DNA from: a virus
Length of the DNA: 54,968 bases
IMG/VR virus record: IMGVR_UViG_3300037483_000201
Strand: one strand, 5' to 3'
Numbering within the stretch: the stretch's first letter is position 1; each line of letters opens with the position of its first letter. Position numbers and translations under genes: made by a program. Shown piece by piece: positions 1 through 8,109 of the stretch. The notes beneath the pieces are model-generated. The model was not told the DNA's origin and did no database searches. It saw only the letters and a program-made list of their open reading frames with translations.

Positions 1-127
1 GATTTTGTCCCCGCACCGCTCGACATTCAAAGCGGCTATGTGGTAGGGGAGGGTCTCCGGGATTTCGGCTTTCAATGCGGCATATTGGCTGACGACATCT
101 CGGTATTCGACTGTAGGGACACTGCCA
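1..127. repeat. Direct repeat copy B, second half (first half is 54639..54968)
   Basis: 1..127 is identical to 38358..38484 at a constant offset of 38357. Identity stops one base into the lipobox Cys codon. Confidence 0.85.
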
Positions 128-165
128 CACGCTGACAGGACAAGGCAGAGAAGGATGGCTCTCAT
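1..165 (-). CDS. u-spanin-like lipoprotein with C-terminal TM anchor, N-terminal part (gene crosses the window junction; the rest is 54639..54968)
   Basis: The ATG at 163-165 overlaps the upstream stop (ATGA). Hand translation gives MRAILLCLVLSAC/GSVPTVEYRDVVSQYAALKAEIPETLPYHIAALNVERCGDKIC, i.e. a signal peptide plus lipobox LSAC. It is in frame with ORF 54639..54944 through the 54-nt end/start overlap. The full product is 146 aa and ends in hydrophobic MWVERILWLGGIYIMGNI. Confidence 0.6.
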   Translation of the reverse strand, partial: MRAILLCLVLSACGSVPTVEYRDVVSQYAALKAEIPETLPYHIAALNVERCGDKI

Positions 166-455
166 ACCGTCCTGCCTTTCCGTGCTTTCTTTATTGCGTC
201 ATCCACGCTACCGGTCGGTTTCCGCTTTGAGGCCCGCTTGACTTTCTCATGCTCTCTATCGGCTTGCATTTGATGAGTAACGGCTTCTTCGATCTTAGTT
301 TCCGCAATCTTGGCGTGCTCGTCTGCGGCGGCAGATGCAGAATGGGCTTTGGACTCATGGCTTTTACTCTTTCGTTTCAGGATGAAAATAGTCGCAAAGG
401 CGGCTGCAATGAGGGAGACGACGGCGATAATAAAGGACTTGAGTTTTTCATACAT
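162..455 (-). CDS. small membrane protein with an N-terminal TM and charged tail (lysis cassette; holin/antiholin-like topology)
   Basis: ORF 162..488 trimmed to ATG 455, which has GAGGAG upstream and an 8-nt overlap with the upstream stop. MYEKLKSFIIAVVSLIAAAFATIFIL is a TM segment followed by a K/E/A-rich tail. The stop overlaps the spanin-like ATG. Confidence 0.6.
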   Translation of the reverse strand: MYEKLKSFIIAVVSLIAAAFATIFILKRKSKSHESKAHSASAAADEHAKIAETKIEEAVTHQMQADREHEKVKRASKRKPTGSVDDAIKKARKGRTV

Positions 456-714
456 CCAGACACTCCTCAGAATTATTGACATACACAATGCCCTTCCCTT
501 GTGCGCGTAAATTTTCCAATATCTTCTCCTGAAAAACCTGGTCTTGATGATTACCGGTGACCTGATAACGCCAGGTTATTCTCCCGGCTTCGCCCACAGC
601 CACGCCGGGTTGAACCTCAAACGTCCGCTCTTCGCCGTCCATCTCAGCTACCATCCATTGCGGGATACCGCAGATCATGTATATGGTCATCGATAATGCA
701 GCTATGGTTGTCAT
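448..714 (-). CDS. hypothetical protein (88 aa), lysis-cassette neighbourhood
   Basis: ORF 448..834 trimmed to ATG 714, which is preceded by GGAGG. It has an ATGA overlap with the 33-aa ORF upstream. Confidence 0.55.
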   Translation of the reverse strand: MTTIAALSMTIYMICGIPQWMVAEMDGEERTFEVQPGVAVGEAGRITWRYQVTGNHQDQVFQEKILENLRAQGKGIVYVNNSEECLDV

Positions 715-812
715 ATCAGGATACCTCCGAGGATCAGGCCGAGAAAGAAACCGGCCACGAAAACAAACACATAATCCAGCGCATGACAGGGGTAGCGATC
801 TACGGGGCTCAT
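711..812 (-). CDS. 33-aa hydrophobic micro-protein
   Basis: Below the ORF-track size cutoff. Hand translation gives MSPVDRYPCHALDYVFVFVAGFFLGLILGGILI. ATGA start/stop overlaps are present at both ends (809-812 and 711-714). Confidence 0.4.
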   Translation of the reverse strand: MSPVDRYPCHALDYVFVFVAGFFLGLILGGILI

Positions 813-1312
813 TCTCTGAACTCCGTTTTATCATCGTTGAAGAATTTAGTCAGCTCACCATCGGGATCATAGCTGTCATCCCCCTCTTCTTTCAGCGGCT
901 TCGGACACATGAAGAAGTACAAGCTCTTCCAGACCTTCCACTTGGTATGTTGATAAGCGAACGCCAGCAACCATTTAATGATTTCATACGCTATCGGAGT
1001 CCCAACCATACAGATAAACGCACCACCGATTATCCCGGAGTAATTATCAACGCCAGCCCCGGCCCATGTACTACCGGCGCCAATAATAGCCGATACGATC
1101 ATTGCTGTGATAAAGATCCAGCGTTTCGTGAAATACCACAGCGCGCGGATCGCCCTGACAATGACGATACTTCCGGCGATCGCAAACATTCCAGAAGGGC
1201 CAAGCATATCGAGGATCTCATTACCTCTGTCCTGTACGATCTGCTGTGCGTCCATGGCATAGGCAGTGGTGATTAACATCATGGTACTGATCAATACAGT
1301 TAATATTTTCAT
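809..1312 (-). CDS. multi-pass membrane protein (167 aa), holin candidate
   Basis: N-terminal MKILTVLISTMMLITTAYA is followed by three further hydrophobic stretches (FAIAGSIVIV, WIFITAMIVSAIIGAG, IIGGAFICMVG). It lies in the lysis cassette. Confidence 0.6.
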   Translation of the reverse strand: MKILTVLISTMMLITTAYAMDAQQIVQDRGNEILDMLGPSGMFAIAGSIVIVRAIRALWYFTKRWIFITAMIVSAIIGAGSTWAGAGVDNYSGIIGGAFICMVGTPIAYEIIKWLLAFAYQHTKWKVWKSLYFFMCPKPLKEEGDDSYDPDGELTKFFNDDKTEFRE

Positions 1313-1404
1313 AGTGGACTCCTTAAAACGGAGAATAGGGCGGCATTAAATATCAGCAGGCCAATCATCAAAAGCATAAGAAAGAAATCAAGAATCTGTT
1401 TCAT
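1309..1404 (-). CDS. 31-aa hydrophobic micro-protein
   Basis: Hand translation gives MKQILDFFLMLLMIGLLIFNAALFSVLRSPL. Its TGA overlaps the ATG of 809..1312 (ATGA). It fills the gap after the wall-enzyme candidate. Confidence 0.4.
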   Translation of the reverse strand: MKQILDFFLMLLMIGLLIFNAALFSVLRSPL

Positions 1405-1414
1405 AGTATGCTTC

Positions 1415-1900
1415 TTAAAATGGAGAATCAATTTCAGACGCGTCATTGTAAACATTGCAGAATACCTGATCCCCTGCACCTATCATGCCCATGACTCTGG
1501 TATATAAATCCCGGTAGCCGTCCACAGAATTAAACACCGCGTTGTTATCTTTCCACTCTCCCCGGGTGCGACCAACAATAATACAGCCGTCGGTATGCGT
1601 ATGAATAGTCCCCCAATGGATGTAAATCCACTGGTGCGTCTCTACTCTAGGCAACCACAACATACCAGGTTTATGCCAATCCTTGAATCTGGCGTCTTGC
1701 ATAGTCCGGTTGTACATCTCACCTGCCGGCCGCAAAGCTATTTCATACTGCCCTGCGGGGATTCGTGTTTCGCCTGTCTTTTTAACTTCCTGTTTCTGGT
1801 CTTCCAGGGTCTGCAATTCCAATCCATCAAAGCGCAAGATCCCATAGGTTTCATTTATCCCTGACGGTTCGCGCTGAATGTGTATATGATGCTCACTCAT
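1415..1900 (-). CDS. DUF5675-like protein with a YkuD-type H..G..GC motif; cell-wall enzyme / endolysin candidate
   Basis: YGILRFDGLELQTLE..RIPAGQYEI..IYIHWGTIHTHTDGCIIVG resembles the DUF5675 pattern and the His/Cys catalytic motif of L,D-transpeptidase-fold enzymes. GGGGAA lies upstream of the ATG. The gene is flanked by small membrane proteins. Confidence 0.55.
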   Translation of the reverse strand: MSEHHIHIQREPSGINETYGILRFDGLELQTLEDQKQEVKKTGETRIPAGQYEIALRPAGEMYNRTMQDARFKDWHKPGMLWLPRVETHQWIYIHWGTIHTHTDGCIIVGRTRGEWKDNNAVFNSVDGYRDLYTRVMGMIGAGDQVFCNVYNDASEIDSPF

Positions 1901-2162
1901 TGCGATTCCCCCCTTGCAGACTATTTAACCCGCGTATGATTTCGTCGTACTTCGTATTTTCGGATCTCACGTGCTCGTCAAACTTACCACCCAAGCAGTC
2001 AACCTTGCCTTCTAGCCTATCAACCGATGATTGCAGATCATCGACTTGCTTTACTTTCCCCAGCACGATAAACCTAATCGTAGTTAGTAATGCTAGACAT
2101 ACCGTAGCAAATGCGGCCCAGATATGCTGAATCTTCAGACTGAAGTTAAGCGACTCAGACAT
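1893..2162 (-). CDS. single-pass membrane protein with coiled-coil ectodomain (89 aa)
   Basis: ORF 1893..2195 trimmed to ATG 2162. IWAAFATVCLALLTTIRFIVLG is a TM segment followed by heptad-like VDDLQSSVDRLEGKVD. The topology resembles a class III holin or an i-spanin. Confidence 0.55.
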   Translation of the reverse strand: MSESLNFSLKIQHIWAAFATVCLALLTTIRFIVLGKVKQVDDLQSSVDRLEGKVDCLGGKFDEHVRSENTKYDEIIRGLNSLQGGNRNE

Positions 2163-2166
2163 GTCA

Positions 2167-2496
2167 TTACTCAATCGTTTCCGGCGTACCTGCAATAATC
2201 AGCGCCTTGATTTTGGCCTCGATTTCATCACAGGAAACCAGCAGCGCCTTGTTTTTCTCGAACTGCGCCTGTAGTTGTGTCTGTGAAGTCATAAGGGATT
2301 GACGCAGTGCCGTGATTTGCCCAGGCCCGATAGTAAAATCCAGTGGCGCGGCATCCACTACGTTGTCCTCTGCATCCAGCGTCTTGCGCGGTATAACCGC
2401 GTGGACGTTGCCGTTAGGCTCCATCGTCAGCGTGGCCTTGCCTGAGTTCATCGAGGTGATCAGCAGATTGACCTGCTCTTGGTTTAACTCTGCCAT
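2167..2496 (-). CDS. hypothetical protein (109 aa)
   Basis: ORF 2167..2610 trimmed to ATG 2496, which has GGAGGAAA upstream and follows the stop of 2498..2908. Confidence 0.6.
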   Translation of the reverse strand: MAELNQEQVNLLITSMNSGKATLTMEPNGNVHAVIPRKTLDAEDNVVDAAPLDFTIGPGQITALRQSLMTSQTQLQAQFEKNKALLVSCDEIEAKIKALIIAGTPETIE

Positions 2497-2497
2497 T

Positions 2498-2908
2498 TTA
2501 AGTTTCCTCCGAAAGGGATTGATAAAATTTAAGTTTGAAATCTGCCGTCCAGACGGGCTGCAATAGCGGCTTGAAAATATCTGGTATTGGGGAAAACGGA
2601 GTAAGTACAATCTGCTCTCCGTTTTCTGTGTACTCCACCCGCGTCAAGTCACCGCGAATGGTGCAATTGAGATTGAAATCACTGAAACACAAATCCATTG
2701 CGGATTGTAGCAAGCCCAAATCATCGGGCACAGTATCAGGTAAATCCGCGTCTGTGACAAAGCGTTGGAAGTCTTTGGTAAATGCCGTTGCTAAATCTGT
2801 GTCAGCACAGTAACCCAGCACCACTGATTCCCCGTTGCTCAGTTCATAAGTTGGGCGTACACACTTGGGGGCGTATGCACCTTCTATATTAAGTTGTATT
2901 AGTTTCAT
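2498..2908 (-). CDS. hypothetical protein (136 aa), follows the tail fibre gene
   Basis: The start overlaps the fibre gene stop at 2908. Function was not recognised. Confidence 0.6.
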   Translation of the reverse strand: MKLIQLNIEGAYAPKCVRPTYELSNGESVVLGYCADTDLATAFTKDFQRFVTDADLPDTVPDDLGLLQSAMDLCFSDFNLNCTIRGDLTRVEYTENGEQIVLTPFSPIPDIFKPLLQPVWTADFKLKFYQSLSEET

Positions 2909-4641
2909 TATTGATTATCCCCAAACGCCAATTGGTTCCACGAGCTGATGTCCGGATCATATTGCAATATGATCCTGTCGCGTGAACTATTCAGGTCTTT
3001 ATCCGCGCCGCAGTAAATATTCCCCGTATTATGTTTTATGGTTGGGTCTCTTGCGCTTGTCGCGCTTCGTAATATAATAATATCCCCATCTGTCCCGCCG
3101 TTAATCGTATCTAAATCATCTGTAGGATCGCTGTCCTGAGTATCAATTCTCCAAAATCCCGGCGAGGTGATTGTTATTGCGCCGCTTGCAATAGTCAACG
3201 TCGAAATCAACGGTGTCCTCAATCCCTTGTTTGCAATTACCGTACCCCCACTAAAGATATTCTTTACCGCGCTTATCCCGCCATCGGTTTGTAGACTGCC
3301 ATCTGTAGTAGTGGTGGCTTCGGTGGTGTCATCTACCGTGAGACGTCCGGAGAACGTGATATTCTGTGAGGTGCCAACGCTGAATACCACGCTAGCGTTG
3401 GACGTAAACGTGAAAATGTTGTTATTATTATTGTATTGCAGATTACAGATATTGGTATCGTCTTCATCACCCAAGTTTATTTGCGCAGCATTTGTCGCGC
3501 CTGCAATAATGCTGATGCCACAGCCAAAGCCATTAAAAACTACCACGTCATCCGCGTTAGAATCAATGGTATCCACCATCACAGGCATACCACTGACACC
3601 GACAATCTGTAACTTGGTCTGAGCGTCATACAGGGCATCGGTCGAGCCGATACGGACGGGGCCCGTGGTACTCAGCGTCTCGTTGCCAAAATTTATCGAC
3701 CCGCTGGAATCCGTGATGCTGCCATCCGCCAGGGTCAGGGTGCCGATGGTGGAGCCGGTGGTTGCGGAGAATACACCGAGGGTTGGGGTGACAAAGGCTG
3801 GAGAAGTTTTGCGTGCCAGCCCCCCTGTTCCTGTCGAAGTCGCACCACCCAGGGTATTGACCATCGCGGCTACCGTGGCGTCATCGAGGACAGTTGCGGC
3901 AGCGGCTGTTATCGTGGTACTGGCGGGCAGCGAAAGCGTCTTGATATCCGCGTCCACTTCCGAATCCATTAATGCACCGGCAGCGGTTACATTGGTTGTG
4001 TCTGTGACATCGGCTGAGGACTCAATGCCAGCGAGCTTAGATTCTTCTGCGGTAGTGTAAGAGGCTGTGGTAGCGTCGAGGACGGAAGAGAAGGCTTGTA
4101 CGTCAGTGCCTATAGCCAGTCCTATAGTAGCGCGGAAGGTCGCGCCGGATTCCAGCCCCATAATCCCTGCCCCGGTGCCCACCGGGACAGCACCGTCCGT
4201 AACTCCGCTGAGGTCGAATTCCAACCCCCCCAGCTCATGCTTCAAGAACCCGGTGGCGCCATCCGTCAAGACGCCTGACCGGATCGCCATGGTCCCCGCC
4301 CCGGTGCCAACCAGTATCCCACCATTTGCGATAGCGGAAATGTTGGCCTCAATCCCACCGTATTCGTGTTTCAATGTCCCCGTGGCGGAAGTGAAAGCGG
4401 CGAGTGTTGTAGGCGTAGTGGTTCCGTCGCCAATGAGGATCGCGCCGGCAGTTGTGAGCGCCAAGGCTTCCATGGCCGTGCCCCCGGCATTAATCAATAC
4501 CAGCTTACCGCCGTTGCCGGTTAAAGCCGGAAGTTTATCGAAGGCATCGCCTATGGAGGCCATTTCCGCGCGCGCTGATGCGGAGGATCCTGCTGCTCTG
4601 GTGCCGGGCCATCCTGATTCGGTGTAATAATCGTTTGCCAT
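2908..4641 (-). CDS. tail fibre / tail spike protein
   Basis: 577 aa. The N-terminus MANDYYTESGWPGTRAAGSSASARAEMASIGDAFDKLP is the typical fibre attachment motif. The rest is G/T/A/S-rich and beta-type. The gene sits at the end of the tail module. Confidence 0.75.
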   Translation of the reverse strand: MANDYYTESGWPGTRAAGSSASARAEMASIGDAFDKLPALTGNGGKLVLINAGGTAMEALALTTAGAILIGDGTTTPTTLAAFTSATGTLKHEYGGIEANISAIANGGILVGTGAGTMAIRSGVLTDGATGFLKHELGGLEFDLSGVTDGAVPVGTGAGIMGLESGATFRATIGLAIGTDVQAFSSVLDATTASYTTAEESKLAGIESSADVTDTTNVTAAGALMDSEVDADIKTLSLPASTTITAAAATVLDDATVAAMVNTLGGATSTGTGGLARKTSPAFVTPTLGVFSATTGSTIGTLTLADGSITDSSGSINFGNETLSTTGPVRIGSTDALYDAQTKLQIVGVSGMPVMVDTIDSNADDVVVFNGFGCGISIIAGATNAAQINLGDEDDTNICNLQYNNNNNIFTFTSNASVVFSVGTSQNITFSGRLTVDDTTEATTTTDGSLQTDGGISAVKNIFSGGTVIANKGLRTPLISTLTIASGAITITSPGFWRIDTQDSDPTDDLDTINGGTDGDIIILRSATSARDPTIKHNTGNIYCGADKDLNSSRDRIILQYDPDISSWNQLAFGDNQ

Positions 4642-4650
4642 CTATAATTC

Positions 4651-6708
4651 CTATGGTGTCAGTCGATATCTGTCGATGTAACTCAATAATGCGCCGCTGA
4701 ATTTCATGGGTACGTATTCATCCGAAGAGCCTCTGATGATGATGGATATATTCTCCGCGTCCCCCTCTAATTCCGTGTGGCTCGGCGACAGTGTTTTGCC
4801 GTCCCATGTGAATTGATCCCAGGTAAATACGTCCCATATGGAGCTGCTGAAATCCACGGTTTCCGCCTGTATGCCGGGCTGCGGAATATCGACAGAGGCA
4901 TACCCCAGCTCATAGGTGAAATTAAAAGCGCCGTAACCTTCGCCACGGGCCTCCATCAAGCAGTCCGTCCAGGACTTGATGACATTCGGCTGTTTGAGGT
5001 GGTTGAAATGCGTTAAAAGATAAAACTCAATCGCGGCACCGTCAAAGCTGGTGCCCTTCTCCATTTGATAGACGTGGCCGTCATCGGAGCCGAAGTAGAT
5101 TTCTTCCTCCCCGTCTGAATTCTCCTGCGAGCACATACACGTGACCTTATGCTGCAACAGGATCGGCATGATCCCGGTGATCTTGCGGCCATCCAAGGTG
5201 ATGTACAAAGCGTATTTGTCGGCAAAGAAGATCCGGTACTGGTTTTTCTCCCTGACGATACAGGAGTCCTGCACGGAGGTGCGGCGCTGGTTCAGGAATG
5301 TTTTTACCCCGTTGGTAAATACCGAGTGCTTGAAGTTGCCGAAGGATTCCACGGTTTCAAGATTGGTCAGCCCGCGATCATCAAGAAACAGCGTGAACCC
5401 AACATCTTGCATGGAATAAGCAGTGCCCCCGATCTCTTCCCGGTAGGCGACCAAACTCCAGTCGGAGCTGCTGGTTCCGTACAGGGTGTGGATGCTGTTT
5501 CTACTGAATAGCGTCAACGCCCCGCCGGCCTGTACGCCGGGTTGGCGCTTGAACCCGGTGATATCATCCCCCAGAGCCAATTCAGCCGCGCCGGATAACA
5601 GTGTCCATTGGTACGGAAACCCGGTCCCGCTGTGTTGCGCCGATCCGGCAAAGCTGAAAAACAAGTGATTCAGGTGCCCAATGACGTGTGTCGGTGTATC
5701 CGTGTCCATGCCGGTGTCAATAGGGCAGAATACCGTGCCATCGAACTCAAACCCACGATTCACGCCATCGCAGCCGTAGATCCGGGTGGTGCCGGATTGA
5801 CCGCCGAAGTTATGCACCACCATTTCATAACGACCATCGGGTAACAGGGTAATGGCGGTGCTGTCGGCGGCAATCGTGGCCACGTTCAGGTTCCCCCCCA
5901 CATCCAGGTTCTCGGCCTGAAAAGCCGCGGATTGCGAGGCGAATATCAATCGGCCCGCCGCGGTGCCTGCGGCGAAGGTGCCGGATTCCAGCATCACACG
6001 CGTGATCACCGCCGTTGATCCCGAGGTTGCCCCGGTGATGGTGTCGCCTTCGGCGATCTCATAAGTCCCCCCGGAGGTAAAGGACAGATCTCTGCCTAAA
6101 GCCACCGCAGCCCAGCCGCTGCCGGATGACTTAAACAGGGCTGCCGCAGTGCCCCCGGCGTTGTTGCGAAACACATACTTCACGTCGTTGAGCATCTTTA
6201 CCCCGAGGAGATCACCGGAGCCCGTGACAGGATCGATATCATCCCGGTACTCGTCCGCAGCCAGGTTGTTATATGTGGCGTGCAACAAGGGCGTCCCCGC
6301 GCCGTCAACAATCGCGGTAGTGGTGGCGACCGCAGATCCGCCCCCGGAGCCACTCAGGGTCTCGCCATCGGTTTCGTAGGCCCCACTGATCTTGGTAACG
6401 ATCACATTGTCGTCTGTGACGGCAATACAAATACTGGTTTCCCCTGATGTCGCCCCGGTGATGGTGTCGCCGACCACAATCGTATGCGGATCGCCGACCG
6501 TGAATACACCGTATTGCGCGTCCGACGGCCTGGCCTGACCGTCGTATCGTTCATAACCTACAATAGTATTGTAGGCACCGTTAACCCCCACCTCGAAGTT
6601 CTGCACTTCCCTGAGCATCCCCGGTGGTAAGCCCCAGGGCGGCGTGCTGTCGTCAAACCCGCCGGAAAACGGTAGATATTGTGATTTGACTTGCGGCCAT
6701 CGGTTCAC
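4651..6708 (-). CDS. large tail structural protein (nozzle / tail-tubular-B-like position)
   Basis: ORF 4651..6846. I favour the GTG at 6708, which overlaps the upstream stop (GTGA); ATG 6765 is an alternative start. There is an internal repeated GDTITGATSG(E/S)T motif. The assignment rests on size and position. Confidence 0.6.
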   Translation of the reverse strand: MNRWPQVKSQYLPFSGGFDDSTPPWGLPPGMLREVQNFEVGVNGAYNTIVGYERYDGQARPSDAQYGVFTVGDPHTIVVGDTITGATSGETSICIAVTDDNVIVTKISGAYETDGETLSGSGGGSAVATTTAIVDGAGTPLLHATYNNLAADEYRDDIDPVTGSGDLLGVKMLNDVKYVFRNNAGGTAAALFKSSGSGWAAVALGRDLSFTSGGTYEIAEGDTITGATSGSTAVITRVMLESGTFAAGTAAGRLIFASQSAAFQAENLDVGGNLNVATIAADSTAITLLPDGRYEMVVHNFGGQSGTTRIYGCDGVNRGFEFDGTVFCPIDTGMDTDTPTHVIGHLNHLFFSFAGSAQHSGTGFPYQWTLLSGAAELALGDDITGFKRQPGVQAGGALTLFSRNSIHTLYGTSSSDWSLVAYREEIGGTAYSMQDVGFTLFLDDRGLTNLETVESFGNFKHSVFTNGVKTFLNQRRTSVQDSCIVREKNQYRIFFADKYALYITLDGRKITGIMPILLQHKVTCMCSQENSDGEEEIYFGSDDGHVYQMEKGTSFDGAAIEFYLLTHFNHLKQPNVIKSWTDCLMEARGEGYGAFNFTYELGYASVDIPQPGIQAETVDFSSSIWDVFTWDQFTWDGKTLSPSHTELEGDAENISIIIRGSSDEYVPMKFSGALLSYIDRYRLTP

Positions 6709-7418
6709 GCCATCGGTCCCGCGATCTGAATCGGCGGCAGCTGGTTTAATTCCAGATCCTGCCATAGTTGGGCGGCGGCCATCTTGGCCTGTGCCAGGAC
6801 CTCGGGCTTGTTGTTCAGTGTCGCATTGCGTTTCACCGCTTCCCACAGGATCAGATCGTGAAACATGGACGGCATATCCGGCAGGTCGTCGTCCGCCGCC
6901 AGTACTTGAGGTCCGCGCTGGTAGTCCCCGGAGATAACATAGGTGTCGTCGGGCTTGGGCCCCAGTACGATGTTGTTCTGCGGATCGACCGTGATAAAAG
7001 CCGGGTAACCATTGGTTTGCGCCCCGATCCGGTAAATACGTTTGAAGTGGTTCCAGTCCAGGTATGTCAACCAGCCCTCCGCATCAGATCCTGAGGACGA
7101 TAGATATATCTTAGGGTAATCATCGGGATCGTGCAGTAGCCACTGCGAAAACCGGGTGATCGCGCCGGCGGTGATGTCATCGGTACAGTCCCCGTAGGCA
7201 TAGCTGTCGTCTCCAGAGGAAGTGGTGAGCGTGAAACCCACCCGCATCCAGCGCCAATTGGGATGCTTCATCTGCACCTTATTCCATGACTGGATCACAT
7301 GATTAACGATCTGATCCAGCACTCCGGTCTGACCACTAACAGAGGCAGGCACGGTATCCCCACCAGCGATCCGGCACTCGCGGCTGACGCCCTGGCAGAT
7401 CTGAAGAAACGTGCTCAT
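6705..7418 (-). CDS. tail structural protein (adaptor / tail-tubular-A-like position)
   Basis: 237 aa, directly upstream of the large tail protein. Function is inferred from synteny only. Confidence 0.5.
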   Translation of the reverse strand: MSTFLQICQGVSRECRIAGGDTVPASVSGQTGVLDQIVNHVIQSWNKVQMKHPNWRWMRVGFTLTTSSGDDSYAYGDCTDDITAGAITRFSQWLLHDPDDYPKIYLSSSGSDAEGWLTYLDWNHFKRIYRIGAQTNGYPAFITVDPQNNIVLGPKPDDTYVISGDYQRGPQVLAADDDLPDMPSMFHDLILWEAVKRNATLNNKPEVLAQAKMAAAQLWQDLELNQLPPIQIAGPMA

Positions 7419-7702
7419 TTCTTGATCCTAATCACATTGTGATAGACGATATAGCCGCTGATGGCCACCAGCACCGAAAGCAGGACTATGCCGTACGCGT
7501 ACGAAATAAACGGCAACAGAAACAACGGCGCCAAGGCTAAAATCAGCTTCGGAATGAACCACTTCTTCCCAAGCACGCGCATGAAATACCGCATCACAGG
7601 GTTGGCTTCTTTATATCCGACTTGCTTGAATACGCGCTGATGTGTTAAGTACACGTCCGCAAGCTGGAGCAAAATATACAAAATTATCAATAAGGCCATC
7701 AT
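7415..7702 (-). CDS. small 3-TM membrane protein, DUF5658-like
   Basis: MMALLIILYILLQLADVYLT..KEANPVMRY..LILALAPLFLLPFISYAYGIVLLSVLVAISGYIV. The E-x-NP motif between TM segments recalls DUF5658. The gene is embedded in the tail module. Confidence 0.55.
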   Translation of the reverse strand: MMALLIILYILLQLADVYLTHQRVFKQVGYKEANPVMRYFMRVLGKKWFIPKLILALAPLFLLPFISYAYGIVLLSVLVAISGYIVYHNVIRIKK

Positions 7703-7707
7703 GGTAT

Positions 7708-8109
7708 TTAAATCTGCCTCGGTGTCTGCCCGGCCCGCCGGTGGATTTCTCTCGGGACAGTCGGACGGGTGCGGCTGATTACATTACCCTCTTCATCTAT
7801 TTCGATTTCATCCGGCATGATTTTGAGGTACAAGTCCACATTAAACGCGGTTACCAGATTGCCGCTATCAAAATCCCACGCACCAATCAACTGCCAATCG
7901 ATGTCTGAAAACAGCTGCGTATCCCCCATGGAACCAATCAGCATGTCATACGCAATATGTACTTCCCCATTGATGACGGGCTGGCGGTAGACCACATCCA
8001 CTCGTTGAGCGATAGCCTGTTGCTGCCCGGGTGTAAGTGTCCCCGCTTCCAGCTTTTCTCGAAGCGTTTCCACGGTGGATAAAGGGGCCAGTACAATTAA
8101 ATTAATCAT
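7708..8109 (-). CDS. hypothetical virion-module protein (133 aa)
   Basis: Tightly packed ORF whose start overlaps the upstream stop. Confidence 0.6.
   Translation of the reverse strand: MINLIVLAPLSTVETLREKLEAGTLTPGQQQAIAQRVDVVYRQPVINGEVHIAYDMLIGSMGDTQLFSDIDWQLIGAWDFDSGNLVTAFNVDLYLKIMPDEIEIDEEGNVISRTRPTVPREIHRRAGQTPRQI

Noticed and set aside
6709-6846. The extended N-terminus of the 731-aa ORF (MGSGETQCDTEQQARGPGTG..).
   Set aside because: It overlaps the upstream gene by up to 142 nt and has Gly/Arg/Pro-rich antisense-like composition. The GTG at 6708 overlapping the upstream TGA is the more economical start.
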